DNA of 34,978 bases, from the NCBI GenBank assembly GCA_030167865.1, contig JALAGF010003220.1, forward strand, positions 1-34,978, in the 5' to 3' direction. The position numbers and the translations under genes are program-made. The notes under the pieces are model-generated. The model made no database searches, was not told the origin of the DNA, and saw only the letters and a list, made by a program, of their open reading frames with translations. Origin of the DNA: Craspedostauros australis (taxonomy: Eukaryota). This document shows positions 10,956 through 22,139 of the stretch, piece by piece; the first letter of the stretch is position 1, and the number at the start of each line of letters is the position of its first letter.

Positions 10956-10970
10956 CGAACCTTCTCGAAA
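10956..10970. promoter_or_regulatory. Candidate heat-shock element in a divergent promoter
   Basis: cGAAc-cTTCt-cGAAa, three alternating nGAAn pentamers. Confidence 0.45.
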
Positions 10971-11174
10971 TTCAAAAGTACTTCGGAAGTCTCGAAGGTG
11001 TTCGTTTGTTTTGACGAAAAATGACCACCAAGCAATCAATCGTCCATCTCGTTGACAACAACAAGGGTGGAACAGGAAGGAGATCATTCCGATGGTTGTC
11101 ATGCGGAAGATCATAATCTGTGCGATGAGATCAAGCGCAGACAACAAGAGAGAAGTATCAGCAGGTGGAGCAGT

Positions 11175-12182
11175 ATGCCATCCTTCACATCGATCGCATC
11201 ACGATGGGGCAGATCGCTGTACAGCACCAGCAAGGATAGCATGGTGCTGCTGCAGGCTCTTGGCAAGGGCATGATGGCCAAAACGCCACCCAAATCCGTG
11301 CTCTTGGATCAGGCTCGGTCGGGCGACAACCGCGCTGCGATTGGGTTGCTCAAGATGGAGCAGCAGCTTGGATTGATGCGGTACCATGGCATTGCCAATT
11401 ACACGAAAACCTATCTTCTGCCGCAGTCCTTTCAGCAAGGGGCCACGTTGGCTGCGTCCACGACAACGACAGATTCGACAACAGAAACCAGCACGACATC
11501 CACAAACACACTAGCAGCAGAAACAACAACACCAGCACCATCGCCGCAAAAGGCCAAGATCGCCTTCATGATCACGAGTGCGATGCGATCGGAGCTGCAG
11601 CAATCGTTGGGTTACACGGCGGACGACATCAAATCCATGACACCATTGCAGGCATCCCTCGTTCTGAATCATGCCATCACGCCCGACCAGCGTGCCGAAG
11701 CGCTGCCGAAAGCGATGCAACAACACGAAGAAGAAGCGGAGCGTCAACGAGCTGCCGCGCAAATGGAAGCCGAGAAGGAGGCACAGAACAACGCGCCGCA
11801 GTCGTCGATAGAAACCAGCGACCAACAATCGCCGACGTTACTGATTGGTAGCAGTCTGCCTTCGAAGGAAAGCGGTGACGCTGTCGCTGCTGCTGAGATG
11901 GCTGCTGTTCCCGACAATGATGCTCCTGCTGTTAAGAATGATGATGAGGATATTGCGACAAAGGAAAGGACATTCAACGACAGCGCAATGATGGCCGGTT
12001 TGGACAAAGAATGGTTGGAATTGGTGGAGATTGCGGAAGACACGAAAGAGGCGACGAGGATTGGTTTGTATTCGGAGCAAGCCGAGGCCGAATTGGGCCT
12101 TGAAACACGGCAGTTTATTGCAGATCGGGATGATCGCAAGTCAACCTACGAAATCCGCAAGGTGCCCAAAGTAGATTTTTAG
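11175..12182 (+). CDS. Hypothetical protein (~335 aa), possible mitochondrial presequence
   Basis: Long ORF with first ATG at 11175 (MPSFTSIASRWGRSL, Arg/Ser-rich); ordered-looking segment IAFMITSAMRSELQQSLGYTADDIKSMTPLQASLVL between low-complexity linkers. Confidence 0.7.
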   Translation: MPSFTSIASRWGRSLYSTSKDSMVLLQALGKGMMAKTPPKSVLLDQARSGDNRAAIGLLKMEQQLGLMRYHGIANYTKTYLLPQSFQQGATLAASTTTTDSTTETSTTSTNTLAAETTTPAPSPQKAKIAFMITSAMRSELQQSLGYTADDIKSMTPLQASLVLNHAITPDQRAEALPKAMQQHEEEAERQRAAAQMEAEKEAQNNAPQSSIETSDQQSPTLLIGSSLPSKESGDAVAAAEMAAVPDNDAPAVKNDDEDIATKERTFNDSAMMAGLDKEWLELVEIAEDTKEATRIGLYSEQAEAELGLETRQFIADRDDRKSTYEIRKVPKVDF

Positions 12183-12662
12183 AGTAAGTTACGTTATGGT
12201 ATGGATGATAAGATTCTACGACATACTATGAGAGAGTGTGTGTGAGAGAGAGAGTAATAATACAAGTGCGCCCTCAGAATGCTCTCTGTCTCTCTAGTTT
12301 CGGCCGATCGTAGCTCGCAGATCAAGATTCCAAAATTTCATTCTGTGTTCCTTGGTCGCAAGGCGAGAACCGTGATGATGGTTTTCGGTGTGGGTTAGTC
12401 GAGCGGAGCCTCCAAAGATGTTGACCCATCATCACCACACAAAACGTCACTCTCGTCACGCGCTCTTCTCTGTTCCGACAAGCCGCAAACCCACACAAAT
12501 ACCAGAGCTGAGATTGCTCTTGGGACGGTTATCAATCATCTTCTCTATCACATATTCCCGCACGCACCATACAAGTACAACAAGAGATCGACAAGAACTC
12601 AACCGGATTTTACATATTCTGCCATAGTCGTCCTGTGAACAAACGGCAACACAAAAGGAGCC

Positions 12663-13981
12663 ATGGCTTTCTCACCCAAGGTGCTCTCCTCCACCACGAT
12701 CCTCGCCGCCTTGCTGGGAACCGCAACTCTGGCTGCAGGCGGATTCATCGCCTCATCTCCAACATGGCATCGTGGCGCTACCGATCGCGCAGCATCGAAG
12801 GTCAGCGGAAATGAGGACTCCATCTCGGTGGGTTTCATCGGCTTTGGCACCATCGGATCGGCCATCGCCAGAGGCATCGCCACGCAGACAGCCGTCAAGG
12901 TGGGATCGATCGCCGTCTCGCGACGTTCCAAGGCCAAGTCTTCCGCCGTGGCAGCTGAATTTCCGGACTTGGTGACCGTCCACGATGATAACCAGGAGAT
13001 TCTGGACAAATCCGATGTGGTCTTCGTGTGCGTGCTTCCGAGCCAAGGAGAGGAAGTGCTGGGGAAGCTCAACTTTGACAAACAACGCCATCAGGTTGTT
13101 TCCCTTCTGGTGAGTTGATATTGTGCTTTGGCGATGTCTGATGCAGTCGCCGGCAAGCCAACGATCACAGCATCTGCGTTATTTCGCAGGTGCCAAAATA
13201 CGCAGCAGCATTTGCAAAGGCACTATGTGAATGCTGGTTTATGCTTCTTGGCAGAGACGGGCGCATGCTGGCAAAAAAGGAAGGTCATACCGCACCCGCC
13301 AAGTGCAACGTTGGCTCATTCATAGTTGATTGCCTCTCTCTCTCTCTCTCTCTTTCAATTGTGCCATTCCCTTCGTCTTCCACACGTAACGCAATGCACA
13401 ACACACGTGTATGCGAATACTGCCATATCATCCACACTCCATGCCCACATGCACAGTCCACGGCAAAGGTCCCCGAGATTGTGAAGTACTGCAAACTGGC
13501 TACGCCCAGCGTGTCGAAGATGATCTGTTTACCCTCCGTCGCCAACCACCAGGGCGTGTGCTTGCATTGCGCACCCGCCGGCACGCATCCCAAGATCACG
13601 GCGCTGTTCGGTGCCATGGGCGGCGTCGTGACATTGAAGGACGAGAAGCAGCTGGCCGTGTCCATGATGACGACGTGCGTCATGGGTCCCATGTACGGTC
13701 TCATGCGCAGCGGTCGCGAGTGGCTCGTCAAGAAGGGCGGTCTGTCTCGCGAGGATGCCTCCTACCTCATGACGAAGCAGTGTTTGGGCATGTTGCAGGA
13801 TGCCGACAACGGATGCGACAATGCGAGTCGTTTGGATGATCTGATCGCGGAACAAACGCCGGGTGGTATCAACGAGCAAGCCCTCGCCAATTTGGAGAAG
13901 CTGGGTGGTTTGGAAGGCTTCGACAAGATGATGGATGCCATCCTTGGTCGAATCGAGGGAAGCACGGACGGGTCCGTTTAG
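12663..13981 (+). CDS. Pyrroline-5-carboxylate reductase-like protein; exons 12663-13109 and 13457-13981 (323 aa)
   Basis: Rossmann GFIGFGTIGSAIARG; DNQEILDKSDVVFVCVLP; C-terminal EQTPGGINEQAL dimerisation motif. Phase-0 intron GTGAGT...GCACAG joins VVSLL|STAK. Confidence 0.88.
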
Positions 13982-14763
13982 AGCGAGTGCGACGGCGAGT
14001 GAGAGAGTATGCGCATGCAATACTATTTATTTTCGGTTAGAGAGGCTGACAGCTATGCATTCCTCGCAACTAGACTCCGTCATTTCAGCGGGAGATCAAC
14101 AGAGTGAGTTCTCTTCCTGTCGTGATACTTCAATGCAAGCAATTGGGGATACGCAGAGCACATGAAAAGCGGGTTACCAACCACACCTCCGTACCTATCT
14201 AGATTCGTGATGATAGACATGCTGAAACGTTCCTTGGAGTCGTACCGATCGAAAAACGATCAAAACTCCTTCGCTGCGAAGCAAGAGGTCGGCAGGCGGT
14301 GTCACCTTGGTCGATAAATTTCGCACACACGGAGTTTTTGCGTCTGCAATGCGTGGCTGCCGACCACGCAAAGTGCGCGAGGACAAGACACGACCAAGAG
14401 CACACAAACACGCACACACACCTCGTCCAAGTTTTGGCGTCCGAAGGCGCACTCTTGGCACACAACTGCAACCACCAAGAGGAACAACCTCCGTGAGTGG
14501 ATAGAGACAGCGAGCAAGGGCAAGGGCAAGGGCAAGGGCAAGAGCAGCGTGAGGAGTATTGGTAGAGTAGTGAGATCATTGACAAGTCAGAAAGAAGCAA
14601 GCAAGCAAGGAGCCAAGTTGATAGATCGATCTGCGAACAATCAATCGAAGGCAGCAAGAAAAGGAGAGACGCAGAGAATCCGGAGAAGCGCAACCCCGCT
14701 CAGTTCTGCCCAAGCAGGAGAATGCAGAGCCAACAAGCAAGCACCGCAGCAGCTCCATCCAGA

Positions 14764-17047
14764 ATGTCGCAGGACAAGTACGAGCGCTTCGAGGCGTGGC
14801 TGCTGGAAAATGGAGCGCAGTTCGAGACGGTGAGTTCCTTCGCAGCATGGTGGATGCGGAGCGGAGTCTGATTGGCAAGACTGAGTCTCTTTTGATCAGC
14901 CGCACTTATGGCATTTGCTGCCGTCTTTCAAGCCGTTCGTTCATTCCCATTGCGATGGGCCTTTGCCATGCGCATCCATGCATTACATGTGTGTGGGTGT
15001 GTGTGTGTGGGTGTGTTCAGATGGATCACATTCAACTTCCAGTCCACATTACATCACATCACATTGCTTTACCATGCTATTCTATTCTAGTCTATTCGTA
15101 CATGCTTGACGATGCAACAGACCCCTCTCACCATGTCCTCTTTTGCGTCTCGGATTTATCCATCGCGGTACTTCGCTGTTTGTCATTCATGCGGTGGGTG
15201 GCTGCATGGGTGCACTTCGCCTGTCTCAATGCAACGACGACCGCATCTACGACTGCAACAACAGCTGGAGCTGAAAGAGTATGACACACCGCAGACGGAC
15301 AACGAGGAGGAGGAAAAGAAGGAGCAGACGCAGGTAGCCGCCAGCACGGAAGAGTCGGAGATGAGAGGCGTGCATGCGAGGGCCAACATTCCACCCAACA
15401 CCGTCTGCATGAGCATCCCACGCCAGTGCCTCATCACTGTGGAGATGGGACAGGACACTCCCATCGGACAGGCGATATTACGCAGCGACTTGGACCTGGA
15501 TGCGCCAAAGCACATCTTCCTCATGATCTTCGTTCTGTGGGATCGCAAAATGAATGGCGATCAATCCTTCTTCCATCCCTACTACGAAATCCTGCCGCAG
15601 ACGCTGCGCAACATGCCCATCTTCTGGTCCAACGAGGAGCTCAAGCATTTGCGGGGCAGCTACCTCCTGCAGCAGATTCAGGACCGCAACGACGCCATCG
15701 CCGAGGACTATCACTCCATCTGCCGCATCGCGCCCTTGCATCAGGTCTGCACGCTGGAACAATTCAAATGGGCGCGCATGTGCGTGTGCTCCAGAAACTT
15801 CGGCTTGCAAATCGACGGCCACCGCACATCGGCGCTGGTGCCGCATGCCGACATGCTCAATCATTACAGGCCGAGGGAGACCAAATGGACCTTCGATGAG
15901 GAACGTCAGGCCTTCACCATCACAAGGTACGTGGCTGCACGAGTACGCAATCACGTTTTATTTCATGCTCCATGCACAGATGTCTGCAAATACCAATATG
16001 TCTATGTCACAACATGCAGCCAATCAACCAACCAACTCACCTCTCAATCTCAATCTCATCCATTCCGATACCATCTCCATACCTTTCATTAACCACATGT
16101 TCACCATGCACAGCCTCCAATCCATTCCGGCGGGGTCGCAGGTTTACGATTCCTACGGACAGAAATGCAACCACCGCTTCCTGCTGAATTACGGATTCGC
16201 CGTTGAGAACAACCGCGAGCTGGACGGCTTCTGTCCCAACGAGGTCCCGATCGAGCTCAGCCTCAGTTCCGGCGATCCCTTGTACGTGCAGAAGCTTGAT
16301 TTTTGGATGAGAGGCGAGACCAACCTCAGCAGGGCCACGGCGGCAAAGCGAGTCCGCATCTGCGTCTCCAACAATGAAAATACGCGCCTCCTCTTCAGCC
16401 TCCTGCGTGTCATGAACAGCAATTCGGACGAGCTGGAGACGCTGGCCACCCCCATGACCGGCTCCATGCGATCCCTGTTTGTTCCAGATCACAGGGGTGG
16501 GCTCTCCACCCTCTACCGAAGCTGCCGCGATGTGCGCCACCCCATCAGCATCCGCAACGAACGTGCGGCACTGAAGCATTTGCACCAGATAATAACCGTG
16601 ACGCTGTCGCGATATCCGACCAAACTGCAGCAGGATATCGCGGACCTGAGGGTCAGAGCGATGTACCCGCCCTTCTCCAACAAACGGCACGCGAAGATCC
16701 AGATCCGCGGCGAGAAGGAGGTGCTGCATCATTACCAGCAGTGGGCAACGACGGGCTTGGAGATCCTGGACCTGATGGAGAAGGAACTTCAGGAGGAGCA
16801 GGAGCGCGGCGGCGTCGAAGTGCAGCTGGGCACCGGTATCCTCCACGAGGACCTGGCGCGGCGCAGCAGATACGAGCACGTCATGAGCTGCATGGAGGAG
16901 GACGACTCCAACTTTCATTCCACCATCGTGCGGTACTGCGCCGACGTGCTTGGCAGCCTCAGACGGGAGGAGTTCAAGAACATCCGTCAGAGCAGGACAG
17001 TCGTCGCGCCGGGGGGTTCGATCCTCAGCAGCAGAAATTTCTACTGA
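14764..17047 (+). CDS. SET-domain methyltransferase, SETD3/Rubisco-LSMT-like; exons 14764-14829, 15265-15926, 16114-17047 (553 aa)
   Basis: FEAWLLENGA; RGVHA; WARMCVCSRNF; LVPHADMLNH; QVYDSYGQKCNHRFLLNYGF; LSMT substrate-binding-like YPTKLQQD and IRGEKEVL. Introns GTGAGT..CAG (phase 0) and GTACGT..CAG (phase 2) keep frame. Confidence 0.92.
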
Positions 17048-17186
17048 GTGGTGTGGAGCACCGCATTGTGGGTTGATTTAAATTCCCACACACACACACG
17101 GGTTCGCACCGGTCATGCAACGCACGATCCTAACACTATGGTAGAGAAAGACGCTTTACTGCAAATGCTTGTGGAGTGGAGTATTG

Positions 17187-17825
17187 TTATGGTTGCGCAC
17201 TGGGCTTCGTGTCTGGCTCCGCTGGAACGATCTGCGTCTCCTCCTCCCCAGCAGTGTTGTTGTCCGTCGCACGAGCCTTCCGCCGCTGCCTTCGTTTGGC
17301 CAATTCGCTGTCCCCACCATCCGCCGCCCAAATCAATTCGGCATCGTTGTCGACATCCTCATCCTCCATGTCCAAAAACAGAAGCCGCCCAAACTCGTTC
17401 CACGCCTCGTCCTCTTCCTCGCCTGCTTCCAGCAGCTTCCACGCATGCCGCAACGACCGCCGCCCCAAAAACTTGGACGGCTTCTGCTGCGACTCCACCA
17501 ACGCGTTCCACAGCTGCGACACGATCTGCCGTTCCTTCAATCTGTGCTGCTGCGCGTCGGAATGCTTCGCGGGACGGATCACGTCGACGGTGTAATGGAT
17601 GGGGAAGGTGTGCGCGTTGACGGCCTTCAGAATGCGGCGCCCCGTCGCCAGGATCTGCTGTTGCGGCGTTGCGGGTGTCGCCGTCGTCAAGGATTTGGCG
17701 CAGGAGAGGCTGATGAAGGACTTCACGGCGGCCTCGATGGTTGGTCGGTCTTGCGCCAGCATCTTGGTCAGTTCCACTTCTTCTGGTGTGGGCTGGTCTT
17801 GCGACGATTTGATGTTGATGGACAT
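17187..17825 (-). CDS. Hypothetical protein (212 aa)
   Basis: ATG in CAACCATG context, GC3-biased codons, natural-looking composition; no recognised domain. Confidence 0.7.
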   Translation of the reverse strand: MSINIKSSQDQPTPEEVELTKMLAQDRPTIEAAVKSFISLSCAKSLTTATPATPQQQILATGRRILKAVNAHTFPIHYTVDVIRPAKHSDAQQHRLKERQIVSQLWNALVESQQKPSKFLGRRSLRHAWKLLEAGEEEDEAWNEFGRLLFLDMEDEDVDNDAELIWAADGGDSELAKRRQRRKARATDNNTAGEEETQIVPAEPDTKPSAQP

Positions 17826-18300
17826 GGTTGCGGGTGCGAGTAGAGTGCGTGTTTTGTCAGAGATTGATTGTGATGAGATCGGATCGTCTTGTTATTGTGA
17901 TGAATGGAGAGGGACAACAGCAAAGGGTGGTGGTGCCATGATCGTGTTTCCATGCGCATCTTTCTTGGTCCATCACGTTCGCTTGCTTTCGCGCCATTTT
18001 CACGGTCTGTCTGCCGTCCGTATCACCCGAACGCAGATAGACTTCAATTGTCTACTCGCAACCCGACACGCCATGATTTCTGCCAACCTCTTCAACTTCT
18101 CAAAGTCAAGCATCAAGTAATATAGAATGCGAGAGTAGGAAAAAGAAATACACAAACACTACTATATCGATTTATCCTTGGCTCTGACTCTGCCAAGAAG
18201 CCACTCCCAATGTAATGGTGGAGCTCGAGTTGATCATTCCTTCGGCTCGCCGGTCCACATGCAGTTTGATTGTCTCTCTCGATACAACTTCCGCTGATGA

Positions 18301-21016
18301 TTACGCAGATGACATCTCCTTCTTTTCCTCGAAGGGCGCAGCAGTTGACCCTGCTTTGGTGTTGGCACCGCCGGCAGCGGAGTCGAGGAATGCAAAGCGT
18401 TCTTTGCGGATGTTTCGCCATGCCTTCTTCGATGCCTTGACCTCCTTGCGGACCTTCTCTTCCTCTTCTCGTTCCTTCTTGTTTGGATCCCTATGTTGGC
18501 GTGGCGAAGGGGACCATATAGGGTGATATAATGGAAACAGTGAACAGAGACGATGTGATGGAAGAAAACGCGTGTGAGATGGGATGACGACACAACACGA
18601 CGCAATACGACACAACACGACAGAGTCGAATTCGAAAGCAATCACCATCTCAACCACTCCTGACCACCCTTTCAATGCATGCAACTTACATGATCATATC
18701 GTATGCTTCGCCTGGAGCGTTGATCAGATAATCCCACAACGACTCCTCCGCATCCTCCTTCTCATTCTTCAGCCTCGACTCGAATTCGCGAATGACCACG
18801 GCAGCCTCATCGGCCTCCTCGTTCTTCTTGAGCTGTCGCAGGACCTGCTCCAGGTACCGGTGCAGCTGAATGGTCTCGTGATGGTCGAAGCCAATGTCGG
18901 GCGACTGCTGCCTCAGCCGGACGAGCTGCTTCAGCGTGATCTCTGCCCATACGTGCAGGCCGTGCTTCATGAACAGACCGACCTCGGCGAAGTAATCCAG
19001 GATGAACTTCTCCTGGTACCACTCGAGGCTGTCCAGCGGGCTGTCGGCGACGGCTTCTTCCGCCATCACGATCAGCTCGGCCATCGTCTTGCGGTCCAGT
19101 CCCTCGAGGGCGTCGTACGGGTTCTCGAAGGTGTCGGTGTTGTACTCCAGCGAGTGCCTGTAGTGACGGAATCCGTCGACGCCGCACACCACCCACATGG
19201 GCCACAGGTGCACCTGGATCTCGCAGATGTGCTCCTTCAGTTCCAGGTTGATGACGCAGTCCCTGTAACCACCCGGCTTGCTGGGGTGGTCGGATTTGAG
19301 GGTGGAGAGCTTGACACGACGGATCAATGGTCCGAAGGAATCACGCGCCAGCTCCAACAACGCCAGCAACGATGGGAAGTCCTTGACGACGAGCAGCGCT
19401 CGGCAGAAGTCAGTGACCTTGAGCAGATCTCCCTGGTACTTCCTCTCGGCCTTGCGCAGGGCCGACGATACTTCCTTGACGGGACCGACGCCGACCTCCT
19501 CCATTCCGAGGCTTCCGGCCAAGGCCTTGCAAATCTCCACAAGCGCCGGCGTGGCCTCCTCGGCCTGCTTGACGAGAGTCTCGGCAACTTGGGTGCGCGT
19601 CATGTGGTTGTACTCGGGCAGGTCACGCTGGATGACGATCTTGTCGACATTCTCTTCGGTCTTGTCACCTGGATCGTTGAGGCCCGTCATGGAGCGCAGG
19701 TAGGGGTAGACGGGGTTGAGCTGCAGCTTGCGGAAGACCTCGTCGTACTTGCGCTTGTCACGCAGCAAGGAGCAGATCATGCGGTAGAAGTCCCACGAGT
19801 CCTTGATGACGGCGCGGCGCTTGGCGATGCTCTCCAAGGCCTCCTCCTCGAACTGATCGGCAGGGTCCTTGGAGACCTCGATGGAGTAGTAGATGCCATC
19901 GGAGGTGTTCCTGGCCTTCTTGCCAGTCTTGCCGGATCGAATGAGCTTGTGCGAGTAGTTGGCGAGGTTGAGGTACTGCCCTTCGATCTGATCCAGCTCG
20001 CGCGTGCTGAGGTTGTTCTTGCGCCATTCTCTGGATTGCGATTGTAGTTTCTATTGGTGCGAAAGTGGAGAGAAGCGAGGTTAAGGGTGTGTGTGTGTGT
20101 GTGTGTGTTTGGGTGGAAAAGTTGAGCATTGAAATGAAAAAGTGCATGGCAATTGTGAGTTGTTTGTTTGTTTATTCCACACATATCAGTGGCATCGATA
20201 GTATCCTATGAACGAATGAATGAACGAATGAGCGCAGGAACACATCCATCCTCCAAACTATTATACAACAACAACAATAATAACAACAATAATAACATGA
20301 AATGACATTGAAAACAAACAGACAATGCACAAACTCACGTTGGATCCGAGACGGTTGCTGTTGGCAAGCATAAGGTCGATGCCCTCAAGCCAGGCAATCG
20401 CCGTGCGCTGCTCGCAAGCCACGAGGGTGTGCTGCTGGCCATCGGCATCGACGACAACCATACCACGGCGCGTTTTGTCGGAACTGGGGTGGGCCGAGAC
20501 GACCACGATCTCCGTCATGAGGTTGTCCATGTCGGTGTTGGAATGCGGCGGACTCATGAGGGTGATCGTCTGGTTGCCCGTGTCCAATCGGTAGACCAGA
20601 ACGCCCTCCGGCACGCGGCTGTACTTGTTCTTCTTGCGCATCTCCTTCTGACGCTGCTTCTTGGCCTCGAAGTGGGCCTTGCGCGCCTCGATGGCGTTCT
20701 TCTTGGCGATCTCGTAGTCGCGCAGATCGATGATGGCCTCGTCGGACTTGCAGCAGCCGAAGCATCCCCGCTTCTTCACCGTCGTGATGGTGGGCTTCTG
20801 CGGCATGCGCATGCGGTCCTTCTGCGACTGCGTCGTCCGGATGGAGTCCTCGTCGCTGCTCATCAGCATGGCCGATGCCTGCAGCTCGATGGCATTGCGG
20901 CCCTCGCCGTCGGCCGGTGGCCAATGGTAGGCGGGGTCGACGAAGGCCGCCTCCAGCACGGTTCCGTACGGGGCGTACTGCTCCTCGGGAGCCGACTCCC
21001 GCGCTGGTGAGTTCAT
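18301..21016 (-). CDS. PH-like + RelA/SpoT-like nucleotidyltransferase + TPR-like protein; exons 21016-20339, 20050-18690, 18490-18301 (742 aa)
   Basis: Splice sites AAC|GTGAGT...AATAG|AAA (phase 0) and AT|GTAAGT...CATAG|G (phase 2) give one open frame. NTase motifs GPVK..SALRK, TDFCRA, GGYRD, CEIQVH. Confidence 0.85.
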
Positions 21017-22139
21017 GGTGTTATCGTCTTCTATTGCCGTCTTCTATTGCCGTCCCTTTGCTTCCGTTAACTCAATCGGTGGGAAGCAGTTTGTGTTAGA
21101 GAGGAGTGGAGTGGAGTGCTCCGCTTGATGACTCTTTCGGAGGATGGAGGAGGAGGTGATTGATGCGTGAGTCTGTCTGTCTTGCTGCCACCGAACTGCG
21201 CTCCTGGCCTTTGTGTCTGTCTCTTCCTTTGCCTGGCGATCAGTGGGGATCTCCGTTTCTCTCGTTGTCCGTCATTCTCTCTCTCTCTCTCTGTCTGCGT
21301 GCGTCTCCCACATTGATGCCATCGGTCTTATTTCTCGCTTTGCCTCGCGCGGCGATTCGTCCACAGCAGCTTTGTTTCCCGATCCCCAAAAAACAAGATT
21401 GGACAAGAACGACACCATGAAGCCAAAAATATCTCTAGCCGTTGAATTCGCCAAGAACGGTTTGATGTGACACGGCCAATCGCTTCGTGGAGTTTCATGT
21501 GCATCAAGATCCAATGCTCTTCCAACGCACGCTGGCAACTCCGACCAATTCATGTGTTTCGCATCACCGAATTCAAATTACAGTTTTCTCCTCACATTTT
21601 CTGTTCCTTTTCTGAACATGCTGTTTGTGTACAACCAATGACATGATGGTGGAGGTAGCTCGTAGGTACTGTGGGCAACAATCAAGACAGACATCTTGTC
21701 CACCCCATTGCAGAGACATGTAGCAGACGCGAATGCAAAGTAGATAAGAGCAGAGAAGAGTGAAGCAGAACACACACACGCACTCCCTCTCTCTCTCGTG
21801 AGGGTGCTCCATGGACGAGCCACCATGCGAGAGAGAGAGGCTCGTACATCTCATAATGGTGTGAAACGACAGACGCGAGGCCCTCTAACTTTCAAAAGAG
21901 AATAGTAGTACCCAATAATCCGACTGGAAAGCCACAACTTAATAAAGCACAGGTCGTGATCGCAGTGTCAAGTTGCAGAATGAGAGACAATTGAGCTCGG
22001 TGGAACCATGAGGTGCTGTTGAATAGCGAGGACAGCAAATTCCAGAGAGGAGAGGGCGCAGAGTAGCACTCATTGTATTGTATTACTACGGTATGAATTG
22101 TGATATGCACGAATAACATGTATGAATCTAACGTCTCCC

